Assembly (NCBI RefSeq): GCF_009914755.1
Contig: NC_060930.1
Strand: one strand, 5' to 3'
Length of the DNA: 64,000 nt
Origin: the human T2T-CHM13v2.0 reference genome, Homo sapiens
Shown: in pieces, positions 1-11,789 of the stretch
Position numbering within the stretch: the first letter of the stretch is position 1
Layout: the number at the start of each line of letters is the position of its first letter
Program-made: the position numbers and the translations under genes
The notes under the pieces: model-generated
Told to the model about the DNA's origin: nothing
Seen by the model: only the letters and a program-made list of their open reading frames with translations
Database searches by the model: none

Positions 1-256
1 ATAAAAGCCCAAAGCAAATATTATATATGCTTAATGAGAAAATATTGAAAGCACTGTCTTTAAGATAAAAACAAAAAACAAGCAAACAACAACAACAAAA
101 AAAAACCCAAGAATTTTTGCCATACAAAACCATTTTTTTTTCTTGGGAGTATGGGTTTCCCTAGAGTATATTGCAATGGGGAGAAAATGCCACAACTCTT
201 GTGGGAGTTGGAGGCCAAGTGTTGACTCTAGCATCTAATGAGAAATAAAGTTGCAT

Positions 257-1146
257 TGTAAATCAAAAACAAAATCTAGGCCCCCCAAGTGACTGAAAAG
301 ATCCCTTTTGTGGGCCAAGGGCATTCCAAGGTAAACCTGATAAACTAGTCTGGCCATGATAGAAAGGAGCGTTCAGACATGCCTTGTTACAGTCTCCTCC
401 CTTTGGAATTCAGGTACAATTGACCAACATTAACATTAAAATAGAGGTCTTAAGAGTGATAAAATAGATTCTTTGTAGCAATAAGATACCAAATTTAGTA
501 TAGCATCACAAGACAAATAGCAGTCCGTGAAAGAAACTGTAGTGTTTTACCCCAGAATATATTTCTTAGACATATTTTGAAATGACCCCTGTAAAGCTAT
601 CTCTTGTGGGGAAAACTTTCATTCTGTAGAGAATCTCCTTCCCTTTTCAGGTCTTTTCCTGATCTAGAAGAGGTTAACTAAGAGTCTGGCACCTTTTTAT
701 GCCTAATTAGAGACAGTTACGGCTATTTTTTCTGAGGCCTGCTACCCGAAGTCTTCATCTGCTTTAAGAACCTTGGTCTCCACAGCCCTTGTTATCTTAA
801 TAGTCCTTTCTGTTGATTCCAGATCTGTAGATAATAACTTAACTCTTTCAACCAATTGCTAATCAGAAAACCTTTGAATCCATGAATCCAACTGTGACCC
901 GGAAGCCCAGCCCTTTCCCCACTTTAAGTTGTCCTGCCTTTCCAGACTGAACCAATGCATACCTTGAATATACTGATGTATTGATTGATATCTTATGTCT
1001 CCCGAAAATGTATAAAACCAAGCTGTCATCCAATCACCTTGTGCCTATGTTCTCAGGACCTCCTGGGGCTATGTCATGGGCACTAATATTTGGCTCAGAA
1101 TAAACCTCTTTAACTATTTTACAGAATTTGACTCTTTTCATCAACA
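257..1146 (+). mobile_element. MER4-group ERV1 solo LTR (MER4D/B-like)
   Basis: Starts TGTAAATCAAAAACAAAATCTAGGCCCCCC and ends TTTTACAGAATTTGACTCTTTTCATCAACA, matching recalled MER4 termini. TG...CA ends, AATAAA near 1099, 4-bp TSD GCAT/CCAT (1 mismatch). Confidence 0.8.
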
Positions 1147-1388
1147 CCATAATGTGATAATGGTGGTGATGCTGATTATAGCCATGGTGATAATGATGTC
1201 TTTATACAGCAGAGTTCCAAATTATTAGCGTATATTAATTCATTCTTCAGAAATTTTTTGTGTACTTGCTATGTGCTAAGAAATAAGAAATAACTTTTCC
1301 AGTAATCAAAAACTTGGTCTTCTTAATCAGTAAATTATCTCCCTATATATGATCTTCCTTTTTATTATGGGCTGTTCTGGGTACCTTT

Positions 1389-1850
1389 TGTCAGGCCTCT
1401 GAGCCCGAGCCCAAGCCAAGCCATCGCATCCCCTGTGACTTGCACCAAGTATACGCCCAGATGGCCGGAAGTAACTGAAGAATCACAAAAGAAGTGAATA
1501 TGCCCTGCCCCACCTTAACTGATAACATTCCACCACAAAAGAAGTGTAAATGGCCAGTCCTTGCCTTAAGTGATGACATTACCTTGTGAAAGTCCTTTTC
1601 CTGGCTCATCCTGGCTCAAAAAGCACCCCCACTGAGCACCTTGTGACCCCCACTCCTGCCCGCCAGAGAACAAACCCCCTTTGACTGTAATTTTCCTTTA
1701 CCTACCCAAATCCTATAAAATGGCCCCACCCTTATCTCCCTTCACTGACTCTCTTTTCGGACTCAGCCCGCCTACACCCAGGTGAAATAAACAGCCATGT
1801 TGCTCACACAAAGCCTGTTTGGTGGTCTCTTCACACGGACACGCATGAAA
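1389..1850 (+). promoter_or_regulatory. 5' LTR7 (LTR7up-like) promoter/enhancer
   Basis: TGTCAGGCCTCTGAGCCC...CATGAAA. Two ACAAAAGA SOX-type motifs (1485, 1535), KLF-type GCCCCACC(C) (1507, 1723), TATAAAA 1714-1720, AATAAA 1786-1791. Confidence 0.93.
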
Positions 1851-1852
1851 TT

Positions 1853-1870
1853 TGGTGCTGTGATTCGGAT
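1853..1870 (+). other. Primer binding site, tRNA-His
   Basis: TGGTGCTGTGATTCGGAT right after the 5' LTR; 2 C>T differences from the His PBS TGGTGCCGTGACTCGGAT. Confidence 0.9.
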
Positions 1871-1921
1871 CGGGGGACCTCCTTTGGGAGATCAATCCCC
1901 TGTCCTCCTGTTCTTTGCTCC

Positions 1922-2425
1922 ATGAGAAAGATCCACCTACGACCTCAGGTCCTCAGACCGACCAGCCCAAGAAACATCTCACCAATTTCAAATCCAGTAA
2001 GCAGCCTCTTTTTACTCTCTTCTCCAACTTCCCTCACTATCCCTCAACCTCTTTCTCCTTCCAATCTTGGTGCTACACTTCAATCTCTCCCTTCTCTTAA
2101 TTTCAATTCCTTTCATCTTCTGGTAGAGACAAAGGAGACACATTTTATCCGTGGACCCAAAACTCCGGTGCCGGTCACGGACTGGGAAGGCAGCCTTCCC
2201 TTGGTGTTTAATCATTGCAGGAACACCTCTCTGATTATTCACCCATGTTTCAAAGGTGTCAGACCATGCAGGGACGCCTGCCTTGGTCCTTCACCCTTAG
2301 TGGCAAGTCCCACTTTTCTGGGGAAAGGGCAAGTACCCCAACCCCTTCTCTCCTTGTCTCTACCCCTTCTTTGCTTTTCTGGGAGAGGGGCAAGTACCCC
2401 TCAACCCCTTCTCCTTCACTCTTAG
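1922..2425 (+). other. ESRG/HESRG-like open frame in the HERV-H leader (167 aa from ATG; open upstream to CTG 1745)
   Basis: MRKIHLRPQVLRPTSPRNISPISNPVS...GASTPQPLLLHS closely resembles the putative ESRG protein as recalled. Translation is not demonstrated. Confidence 0.6.
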
Positions 2426-2660
2426 CGGCAAGTCCTGCTTTTCTAGAGGAGGGGCAAGTACCCCAACCTTGTATCTCTCTGCCCCAATCCCTTATTTCCA
2501 CGCCCTGACCTCTTATCTCTGTGCCCCAATCCCTTATTTCCATGCCCCAACCCCTTATTTCCATGCCCCGACCCCTTATTTCCATGCCCCGACCCCTTAT
2601 TTCTGCACCCAATCCCTTATTTCCACACCCCTACCTCTTATCTCTGTGCCCCAACCCCTT
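2330..2660 (+). repeat. HERV-H leader tandem repeats (~21-bp CCCC(A/G)ACCCCTTATTTCCATG and GGGCAAGTACCCC units)
   Basis: Imperfect tandem units are visible in the DNA and give the periodic 'PTPYFHA' and 'EIRG' translations. Confidence 0.9.
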
Positions 2661-2747
2661 TTCCCACTTTTCTGGAAGGTAAGAACCCCCAAACCCCTTC
2701 CCTCCATTTCTCTACTCTCTCTTTTCTCTAGGCTTGCTTCCTTCACT

Positions 2748-3980
2748 ATGGGCAACCTTCCACCCTCCATTCCTCCTCCTACTCCCTTGGCCTGTGTTCT
2801 CAAAAACTTAAAACCTCTTCAACTCACACCTGACCTAAAACCTAAATGCCTTATTTTCTTCTGCAATGCCGCTTGACCCCAATACAAACTGGACAGTAGT
2901 TCCAAATAGCCAGAAAATGGCACTTTGAATTTTTCCATCCTGCAAGATCTAAATAATTCTTGTCATAAAATAGGCAAACGGTCTGAGGTGCCTGACGTCC
3001 AGGCATTCTTTTACACATCAGTCCCTTCCTAGTCTCTGTGCCCAGTGCAACTCATCCCAAATCTTCCTTCTTTCCCTCCCGCCTGTCCCCTCAGTACCAA
3101 CCCCAAGCGTCGCTGAGTCTTTCTAATCTTCGTTTTCTACAGATCCATCTGACCTCTCCCTTCCTCCCCAGGCTGCTCCTCGCCAGGCTGAGCTAGGTCC
3201 CAATTCTTCCTCAGCCTCTGCTCCTCCACCCTATAATCCTTTTATCACCTCCCCTCCTCACACCTGGTCCGGCTTACAGTTTCATTCCGTGACTAGCCCT
3301 CCCCCACCTGCCCAGCAATTTACTCTTAAAAGGGTGGCTGAAGCTAAAGGCATAGTCAAGGTTAATGCTCCTTTTTCTTTATCCCAAATCAGATAGCGTT
3401 TAGGCTTTTTTTCATCAAATATAAAAATCCAGCCCAGTTCATGACTTGTTTGGCAGAAACCCTGAGACGCTTTACAGCCCTAGACCCTAAAAGGTCAAAA
3501 GGCCGTCTTATTCTCAAAATACATTTTATTACCCAATCTGCTCCCGACATTAAATAAAACTCCAAAAATTAAATTCCGGCCCTCAAACCCCACAACAGGA
3601 TTTAATTAACCTCGCCTTCAAGGTGTACAATAATAGAAAAAAGTTGCAATTCCTTGCCTCCACTGTGAGACAAACCCCCCAGCCACATCTCCAGCACACA
3701 AGAACTTCCAAACACCTGAACTGCAGCGGCCAGGCATTCCTCCAGAACCTCCTCCCACAGGAGCTTGCTACCTGTGCTGGAAATCTGGCCACTGGGCCAA
3801 GGAATGCCTGCAGCCTGGGATTCCTCCTAAGCCGCGTCCCATCTGTGTGGGACCCCACTGAAAATCAGACTGTTCAACTCACCTGGCAGCCACTCCCAGA
3901 GCCCCTGGAACTCTGGCCCAAGGCTCTCTGACTGACTCCTTGCCAGATCTTCTCGGCTTAGCGGCTGAAGACTGACACTG
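2748..3980 (+). pseudogene. gag: HERV-H gag remnant
   Basis: Starts MGNLPPSIPP at ATG 2748 with an early stop at 2874-2876. CCHC zinc knuckle CYLCWKSGHWAKEC at ~3766-3807; second knuckle broken by TGA. Confidence 0.85.
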
Positions 3981-6180
3981 CCCGATCGCCTCGGAAGCCC
4001 CCTAGACCGTCACGGACGCCGAGCTTCGGGTAACTCTCACAGTGGAAGGTAAGCCCGTCCCCTTCTTAATCAATACGGAGGCTACCCACTCCACATTACC
4101 TTCTTTTCAAGGGCCTGTTTCCCTTGCCTCCATAACTGTTGTGGGTATTGATGGCCAGGCTTCTAAGCCTCTTAAAACTCCCCAACTCTGGTGCCAACTT
4201 AGACAATACTCTTTTAAGCACTCCTTTTTAATTATCCCCACCGGCCCAGTTCCCTTATTAGGCTGAGACACTTTAACTAAATTATCTGCTTCCCTGACTA
4301 TTCCTGGACTACAGCTGTATCTCATTGCCGCCCTTCTTCCCAATCCAAAGCCTCCTTTGCGTCCTCCTCTTGTATCTCCCCACCTTAACCCACAAGTATA
4401 AGATACCTCTACTCCCTCCTTGGCGACTGATCATGCACCCCTTACCATCTCATTAAAACCTAATCACCCTTATCCCATCCCGCAGCACGCTTTAAAAAGA
4501 TTAAAGCCTGTTATCACTTGCCTGCTACAGCATGGCTTTTTAAAGCCTATAAACTCTCCTTACAATTCCCTCATTTTACCTGTCCTAAAACCAGACAAGC
4601 CTTACAAGTTAGTTCAGGATCTGCGCCTTATCAACCAAATTGTTTTGCCTATCCACCCCATGGTACCAAACCCATATACTCTCCTATCCTCAATACCTGC
4701 CTCTACAACCCATTATTCTGTTCTAGATCTCAAACATGCTTTCTTTACTATTCCTTTGCACCCTTATTCCCAGCCTCTCTTCACTTTCACTTGGACTGAC
4801 CCTGACACCCATCAAGCTCAGCAAATTACCTAGGCTGTACTGCCGCAAAGCTTCACAGACAGTCCCCATTACTTCAATCAAGCCCAAATTTCTTCCTCAT
4901 CTGCTACCTATCTCGGCATAATTCTCATAAAAACACACATGCTCTCCCTGCCAATCGTGTCTGACTGATCTCTCAAACCCCAGCACCTTCTATAAAACAA
5001 CTCCTTTACATCCTAGGCATGGTTGGCACGGTCAGAATTCTTACACAACAGCCACGACCACACCCTGTAGGCTTTCTGTCCAAACAACTTGACCTTACTG
5101 TTTTAGCCTAGCCCTCATGTCTGTGTGCAGTGGCTGCCGCTGCTTTAATACTTTTAGAGGCCCTCAAAATCACAAACTATGCTCAACTCACTCTCTACAG
5201 TTCTCATAACTTCCAAAATCTATTTTCTTCCTCATACCTGACGCATATACTTTCGGCTTCCCAGCTCCTTCAGCTATACTCACTCTTTGTTGAGTCTCCC
5301 ACAATTACAGTTGTTCCTGGCCGAGACTTCAGTCTGGCCTCCCACATTATTGCTGATACCACACCTGACCCCCATGACTGTATCTCTCTGATCCACCTGA
5401 CATTCACCCCATTTCCCCAAATTTCCTTCTTTCCTGTTCCTCACCCTGATCACGCTTGATTTATTGATGGCAGTTCCACCAGGCCTAATCGCCACACACC
5501 AGCAAAGGCAGGTTATACTATAGTACAAGCCACTAGCCCGCCTCTTAGAACCTCTCATTTCCTTTCCATCGTGGAAATCTATCCTCAAGGAAATAACTTC
5601 TCAGTGTTCCATCTGCTATTCTACTACTCCTCAGGGATTATTCAGGCCCCCTCCCTTCCCTACACATCAAGCTGGAGGATTTGCCCCACCCAGGACTGGC
5701 AAATTAGCTTTACTCAACATCCCTGAGACAGATAACTAAAATACCTCTTAATCTAGGTAGATACTTTCACTGGATAGGTAGAGGCCTTTCCTACAGGGTC
5801 TGAGAAGGCCATCGCAGTCATTTCTTCCGTTCTGTCAGACATAATTCCTCAGTTTAGCCTTCCCACCTCTATACAGTCTGATAACAGACAAGCCTTTATT
5901 AGACAAATCAGCCAAGCAGTTTTTCAGGCTCTTAGTATTCAGTGAAACCTTTATATCCCTTACGGTCCTCCGTCTTCAAGAAAAGTAGAATGGACTAAAG
6001 GTCTTTTAAAAACACACCTCACCAAGCTCAGCCACCAAAAAGGACTGGACAATACTTTTACCACTTTCCCTTCTCAGAATTCAGGCCTGTCCTCGGAATG
6101 CTACAGGGTACAGCCCATTTAAGCTCCTGTATAGACACTCCTTTTTATTAGGCCCCAGTCTCATTCCAGACACCAGACCA
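3981..6180 (+). pseudogene. pol: HERV-H pro-pol remnant (protease, partial RT, RNase H/tether, integrase)
   Basis: Protease motif degraded to FLINTEATHS (from LDTGA). RT motifs YKLVQDLRLIN and YSVLDLKHAFFTIPLHP. Multiple stops and deletions; boundaries approximate. Confidence 0.85.
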
Positions 6181-6772
6181 ACTTAGACTGTGCCCCAAAA
6201 TCTTGTCATCCCTACTATCTTCTGTCTAGTCATACTCCTATTCACCATTCTAAACTACTCATACATGCCCTGCTCTTGTTTACACTGCCGGTTTACACTG
6301 TTTTTCCAAGCCATCACAGCTGATATCTCCTGGTGCTATCCCCAAACTGCCACTCTTAACTCTTGAAGTAAATAAATAATCTTTGCTGGCAGGACTATGC
6401 TGAATCTCCTTAGGCACTCTCTAATCAGATATCCTGAGTCGTCCCAATTCTTAGACCTTTTATACCTGTTTTTCTCTTTCTGTTATTCCATTAGTTTCTC
6501 AATTCATCCAAAACCGTATCCAGGCTATTACCAATCATTCTATATGACAATTGTTTCTTCTAACATCCCCACAATATCACCCCTTACCACAAGACCTCCC
6601 TTCAGCTTAATCTCTCCCACTCTAGGTTCCCACGCCGCCCCTAATCCCGCTTGAAGCAGCCCTGAGAAACATTGCCCATTCTCTCTCCATACCACCCCCC
6701 AAAAATTTTCGCCACCCCAACACTTCAACACTATTTTGTTTTATTTTTTGTATTAATATAAGAAGGCAGGAA
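6181..6772 (+). pseudogene. Deleted env remnant and polypurine tract (AAGAAGGCAGGAA 6760-6772)
   Basis: Only ~0.6 kb lies between the integrase end and the 3' LTR; the purine tract abuts the LTR. Confidence 0.7.
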
Positions 6773-7228
6773 TGTCAGGCCTCTGAGCCCAAGCCAAGCC
6801 ATCGCATCCCCTGTGACTTGCACCAAGTATACACCCAGATGGCCTGAAGTAACTGAAGAATCACAAAGGAAGTGAATATGCCCTGCCCCACCTTAACTGA
6901 TGACATTCCACCACAAAAGAAGTGTAAATGGCCGGTCCTTGCCTTAAGTGATGACATTACCTTGTGAAAGTCCTTTTCCTGGCTCATCCTGGCTCAAAAA
7001 GCACCCCCACTGAGCACCTTGTGACCCCCACTCCTGCCCGCCAGAGAACAAACCCCCTTTGACTGTAATTTTCCTTTACCTACCCAAATCCTATAAAACG
7101 GCCCCACCCTTATCTCCCTTCACTGACTCTCTTTTCGGACTCAGCCCGCCTGCACCCAGGTGAAATAAACAGCCATGTTGCTCACACAAAGCCTGTTTAG
7201 TGGTCTCTTCACACGGATGTGCATGAAA
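6773..7228 (+). promoter_or_regulatory. 3' LTR7 with polyA signal AATAAA 7164-7169
   Basis: 456-bp copy of the 5' LTR; manual alignment gives 11 substitutions plus one 6-bp indel. Confidence 0.95.
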
Positions 7229-7581
7229 CCTTTTATCTAAAATATTTTTATTTTATTTCATTTACCAAAGTAATACATAGGGCTGTATTGTATTCAAACT
7301 AGAAAAGAGAAAGTAGAAGGCAAGCTTAAATAACGTGTCATAAATAACAAGACAGAATTTTCAGGAAAGATTGGAGACCCGTTGTTTTCTAATTTTACAG
7401 AGGGTAAAAGGGAATGAATTGGTAACTATATCATACCAGGTTGATATAAGGTTTAAGAAAACAATTACTTATAAAGTTACAGTGAATGCTATGCAAGGAC
7501 AACTATTGAGTTCACTCTTTTGTAAATCTTAATATGGCTTTGATTTATCTGGAAAGAGTAATAAAATTCTTTTGTCAGGTC

Positions 7582-7888
7582 TTATTTATTTATTTATTTA
7601 TTTTTCTGAGATGGAGTCTTGCACTCTCCCCCAGGCTGGAGTGCAGTGGCGCCATCTTGGCTCACTGCAAGCTCCACATCCCGGGTTCACGCCATTCTTC
7701 TGCCTCAGCCTCCTGAGTAGCTGGGACTACAGGCGCCTGCCACCACTCCTGGCTAATTTTTCGTATTTTTAGTAGAGATGGGGTTTCACCATGTTAGCCA
7801 GGATGGTCTCGATCTCCTGACCTTGTGATCTGCTCGCCTCGGCCTCCCAAAGTGCTGGGATTACAGGCATGAGCCACCGTGCCCGGCC
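7582..7888 (-). mobile_element. AluY
   Basis: Full dimer with AluY diagnostics (GCAAGCTCC, CACGCCATTC, GTTAGCCAGGATGG), (TTTA)n tail, TSD TGTCAGGTC(T/C)T. Confidence 0.92.
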
Positions 7889-8159
7889 TGTCAGGTCCTC
7901 TAAATTCTTTTGACAGTCCTGTAAGTTTCACTTTCTTTCAGTTAGTTTAATTCTACTACTCTATCCAAGTGCATCTTATCTTGTCTATATTATCATCTTA
8001 TCTTATTAATATCTTATGGTTTGAGAATCAGTCCAGCATGGCCTCTGATATAGATTGTCTAGATTATTGAACTCCCTATATTCCATAACCTGTCCTACAA
8101 TTTAGTCTCCTAAAACTGTTCCAGTGATTCTTGTTTTCTTACAGACTATGGGGTTCTTT

Positions 8160-10703
8160 TTCTTTTTAAACAGATTTTATTTTTTAAAGCAGTTTTAGGT
8201 TCACAGAAAATTAAGCAGAAAGTAAAGAGAGTCTCATGTACCCACAACCTCCACATGGCCATCTCCAACATCAAAATGGTGTATCTGTAATAACTGAGGA
8301 ACGTAGTATGATACATCATCATCACTCAAAGTCCATAGTTTACATTAGGGTTCACTCTTGGTGTTATATATACTGGATTTTGACAAATGTATACTGACAT
8401 GTATCCACTATGATAGTATCGTACAGAATAATTTCCCTGCCCTAAAACTCCTCTCCTATTCATTTCTTCCTCCTACCAACCCCTGACAATCACTGATCTT
8501 TTTACTATCAACAGGGTTTTCCCTTTTCCAGAATGTCATATACCTGGAATAATGTGGTTTGTAGTCTCTTCAGACTGACTCTTTTCACTGAATCATATGC
8601 ATTTATGGTTTTTCCAAGTCTTTTCATGGCTTGATTTTTTTCAGTCCTGAATAATATTGCATTGTCTGGATGTACTACTGTTTATTTATCCATTTACCTA
8701 CTGAAGGACATTTGGGTTGTTTCCAAGTTATGGCAGTTATGAGTAAAGCTGCCATAAAAATGCATGAACCATTTTTAAGTGAACATAAGTTTTTAACTTC
8801 TTTGGGTAAGTACCAAGGCAGGTAATTGCTGAATGGTATGTTAAAAGTATGTTTCATTTTGTAAGAAACTGCCGAATTGTCTTCCAAATTTGCTCCGCCA
8901 TTTTGTATTCTCATCAGCAATGAAAAAGAGTTTCTATAGATCCACATCTTTGCTAGCTTTTGGTACTGTCAGTGTTCTGGATTTGGGCTATTCTATTAGG
9001 CATGTAATGGTAGCACATTTTTGTTTTAATTGGCATTTCCCTAGTGACAGGATGTGGATGTCTTTTTATATGCTTATTTACCATTTGTATATCTTCTTTG
9101 GCAAAGTATTTGTTCAGGTCTTTGCCCATTTTTAAATTGGTCTATTTATTTTCTTATCGTTAAGTTTTAAGGTTTTTTTTTTAAAATATTTTGGATAACA
9201 ATTGTATTAGTCTGTTCTTCAGTTACTACAAATAAATACCTGAGACTGGGTAACTTATAAGAAAAAGAGGTTTAATTGGCTTATGGTTCTGCAGGCTGTA
9301 CAGGAAACATGATGCTGGAATCTACTTGGCTTCTGGAGAGGTCTCAGGAAACTTACAATGATGGTGGAAAGCAAAAGGGAAGCAGGCACATCTTACATGG
9401 TAGGAGCAAGAACAAGAAGCGGGGGTGGGGTTGGGGGGAGGTGCTATACATTTTTAAACAATTCACTCTCTATCTCAAGGACAGTATCAAGGAGATGGTG
9501 CTAAACTATGCATGAAGGATCTACCCCTATGATCCAATCACTTCCCACCAGGCCCCACCTCCAACACTGGAGATTACAATTCAACATGAGATTTTGGCAG
9601 GGACATATATCCAAACTATATCAACAATCTTGTGCAAATATTTACTGCAAGTCTGTGGCTTGTCTTCTCTTGACTGCTTTTTGCAGAGCAGACATTTTAA
9701 ATTGAATGAAGTCCAGCTTATCAATTTTCTTTCACAGATCATACCTTTGGTATAGTATCTAAATGTCGTGTTCCTACATAAGGTCATCTAGCTTTTCTTC
9801 TATATTATCTTCCAGGAGTTTTATAGTTTAATATTTTACATATAGGTCTGTGATCCATTTTGAGTTAATTTTTGGAAAGGATGTAAGGTCTGTGTCTATG
9901 TTCATTTTTCCTTTTTGCATGCGGATGTGCAGCTCTTCTAGCACCATTTGTTAAAAGACTGTCTTTACTCCATTACATTGCCTTTGCTTCTTTGTCCAAG
10001 ATCAGCTGACTATACTTATGTGGGTCTCTTTCTGAGCTCTCTTTTCTGTTCCATTGATGTGTTATCTGTTCTTTTACCAATACCGCATTGTCTTGATAAC
10101 TGCAGTTTAATAGTAAGTCCTGAGTTGGGGTAGTGGTTGCCCTTCAACTTTGTTCTTATTCTTCAGTATTGTGGGTATTCTTAGTCTTTTGGCTTATCAT
10201 TGCTGAGATTATGATTGAGACTGCATTGAATCTATAATCAATTTTGGAAGAGGTGACATCTTGACAATATTGAGTCTTCCTAACCATGAACATGCAACAT
10301 ATTTCTGTTTATTTAGTTCTTTGGTTTCTTTCATCTGAGTTTTGTAGTTTCCTTCATATAATTCTATTTATATTTTGATAGATTTTTACCTATTTTTTTC
10401 TTTTACCTATTTTCTTTTCTTCAACCCCACTATAATCTCTTATTAGTTACAGTTTTTTTTTGTTGTTGACTCTTGAATTGTATACATAGACAATCATGTC
10501 TGCAAACAAAGACAACTGAATTTTTTTTTCTTCTCAGTCTATATACCCTTTTTTTTGTTTGTTTTATTGCATTAGCTAGGACTTCCAGTATGACATTGAA
10601 AAAGAGTGGTGAGAGAAGATATTTTTGCCTTTTGACAATCTAGGTGTTTGGTGGATATTCTGCATCCAGTTGAAGAAGTTCCCCTCTAGTCCTAGTTTGC
10701 TTA
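8160..10703 (-). mobile_element. Old L1 (L1MC1/2-like) 3' part, interrupted by an MST LTR
   Basis: L1MC-type 3' UTR in reverse (GCAGTTTTAGGTTCACAG...). The minus-strand ORF 8675-8947 resembles the ORF2 C-terminus (FMAALLITAITWKQPKCPS). Confidence 0.8.
9203..9623 (-). mobile_element. MSTA/MSTB ERVL-MaLR solo LTR
   Basis: TGTATTAGTCTGTTC...CAAACTATATCA, with a perfect 5-bp TSD ACAAT (9198-9202, 9624-9628). Confidence 0.9.
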
Positions 10704-10732
10704 CATCTGTGGGTTTTTAATATGGAGTATTT

Positions 10733-10781
10733 GATTATAGATTCCATGGATTATAGATTACAGATTATAGATTCCATGGAT
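10733..10781. repeat. Short tandem duplication GATTATAGATTCCATG/GATTA(T/C)A
   Basis: Directly visible repeats just past the L1MC 5' junction. Confidence 0.8.
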
Positions 10782-11789
10782 GTGCTTGAAATATTTGTTA
10801 GCTCCCTAGAAGTTTATGTGCACATGCATTTTCCCATGGAGAAAGTTTAAAGTGTTAGGAGATTCTTATGTGAAATTCTACTCATGCACTTTTTACTGTT
10901 AACCTGTTTTCTAACTTAATGCCTTCTTGAATCTAGAGCTTCCTTAGAAATACACTTCACGTAATTCGTCTTGGGCTGAATCCATGATAAAATAGACAGG
11001 AGTGACCATTTATTTGTACCTATTTAGTTGCTTCAGACTTTGCTGTGGCTCTGTTTATGCCACTTCCGACCCATTTTGTCAGGGGAGCAATAGCAGACAC
11101 AAGTATTTTCCCCTCAAAATTTTTCATGTTTCTTCTAGTTAGTAGCCAGAATTAGTTAGTACTAAATTTGGTATTTCTTAGTGAGACTGCCAAGTTGAAT
11201 CTAGGTGGTAAGTACCTCCTTTAGCTTCTTTTTTCTTTTTTAATTTTTTAAGTCTAGAAGATGACTACAGGGAAGCAGTTTTATAAGGTGACCTATTTCA
11301 GGAATTAGATTGGTATGTTTGCATCTATTAAAATTTATATTTGGCTACTCATGCTATTTTATATTAAGAATGTGTTTATTTCACTAAAGTTATTTTTATA
11401 GCTTGCTGATACCTTATGAATGATTTATCCCCTTAATTCTTTAATGCAACTTATAATTTAAAAATTTCTACCCAATATCTATACCAAATCAGTTTCACCA
11501 AGTATCAGTTAGCTTTAATTGTTCAGCTTTATGCTTATTTTTGACAATTCTCTTGTGAGAATCTGTTCAACTTTTTAGTGAGGTTCAAAATCATCATGTT
11601 GGTAACCAGTAAGTTATTGCCTGAAATTGTGTAGTTCACTATTTTAATTCCCCTGCTGGCCTCCCTACCTATCCTTCTCCTAGGAAGACAGCTTTTAGGA
11701 GTGATGGGGAAGCTTCAATTTGGGTTCAGTATACAAGCCAGCAGATTAGAAGTGCTTTCCATCTGTTTGAGCTACTACAATTGCTCATA

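Larger units (their letters stand above)
1389..7228 (+). mobile_element. HERV-H provirus (internally deleted RTVL-H2 type, ~5.84 kb)
   Basis: Two LTR7 copies, tRNA-His PBS, gag/pro/pol remnants, polypurine tract, and a perfect 5-bp TSD CCTTT (1384-1388 and 7229-7233). Confidence 0.97.

Noticed and set aside
1391-1609. Duplicated antisense ORFs MSQEKDFHKVMSS... (also 6775-6987)
   Set aside because: They are the reverse frame of the two LTR copies, not a gene duplication.
2259-2876. Periodic proteins (EIRG.., PTPYFHA..) and the repeat array as a possible CRISPR
   Set aside because: These are HERV-H leader tandem repeats with no unique spacers, in a primate genome.
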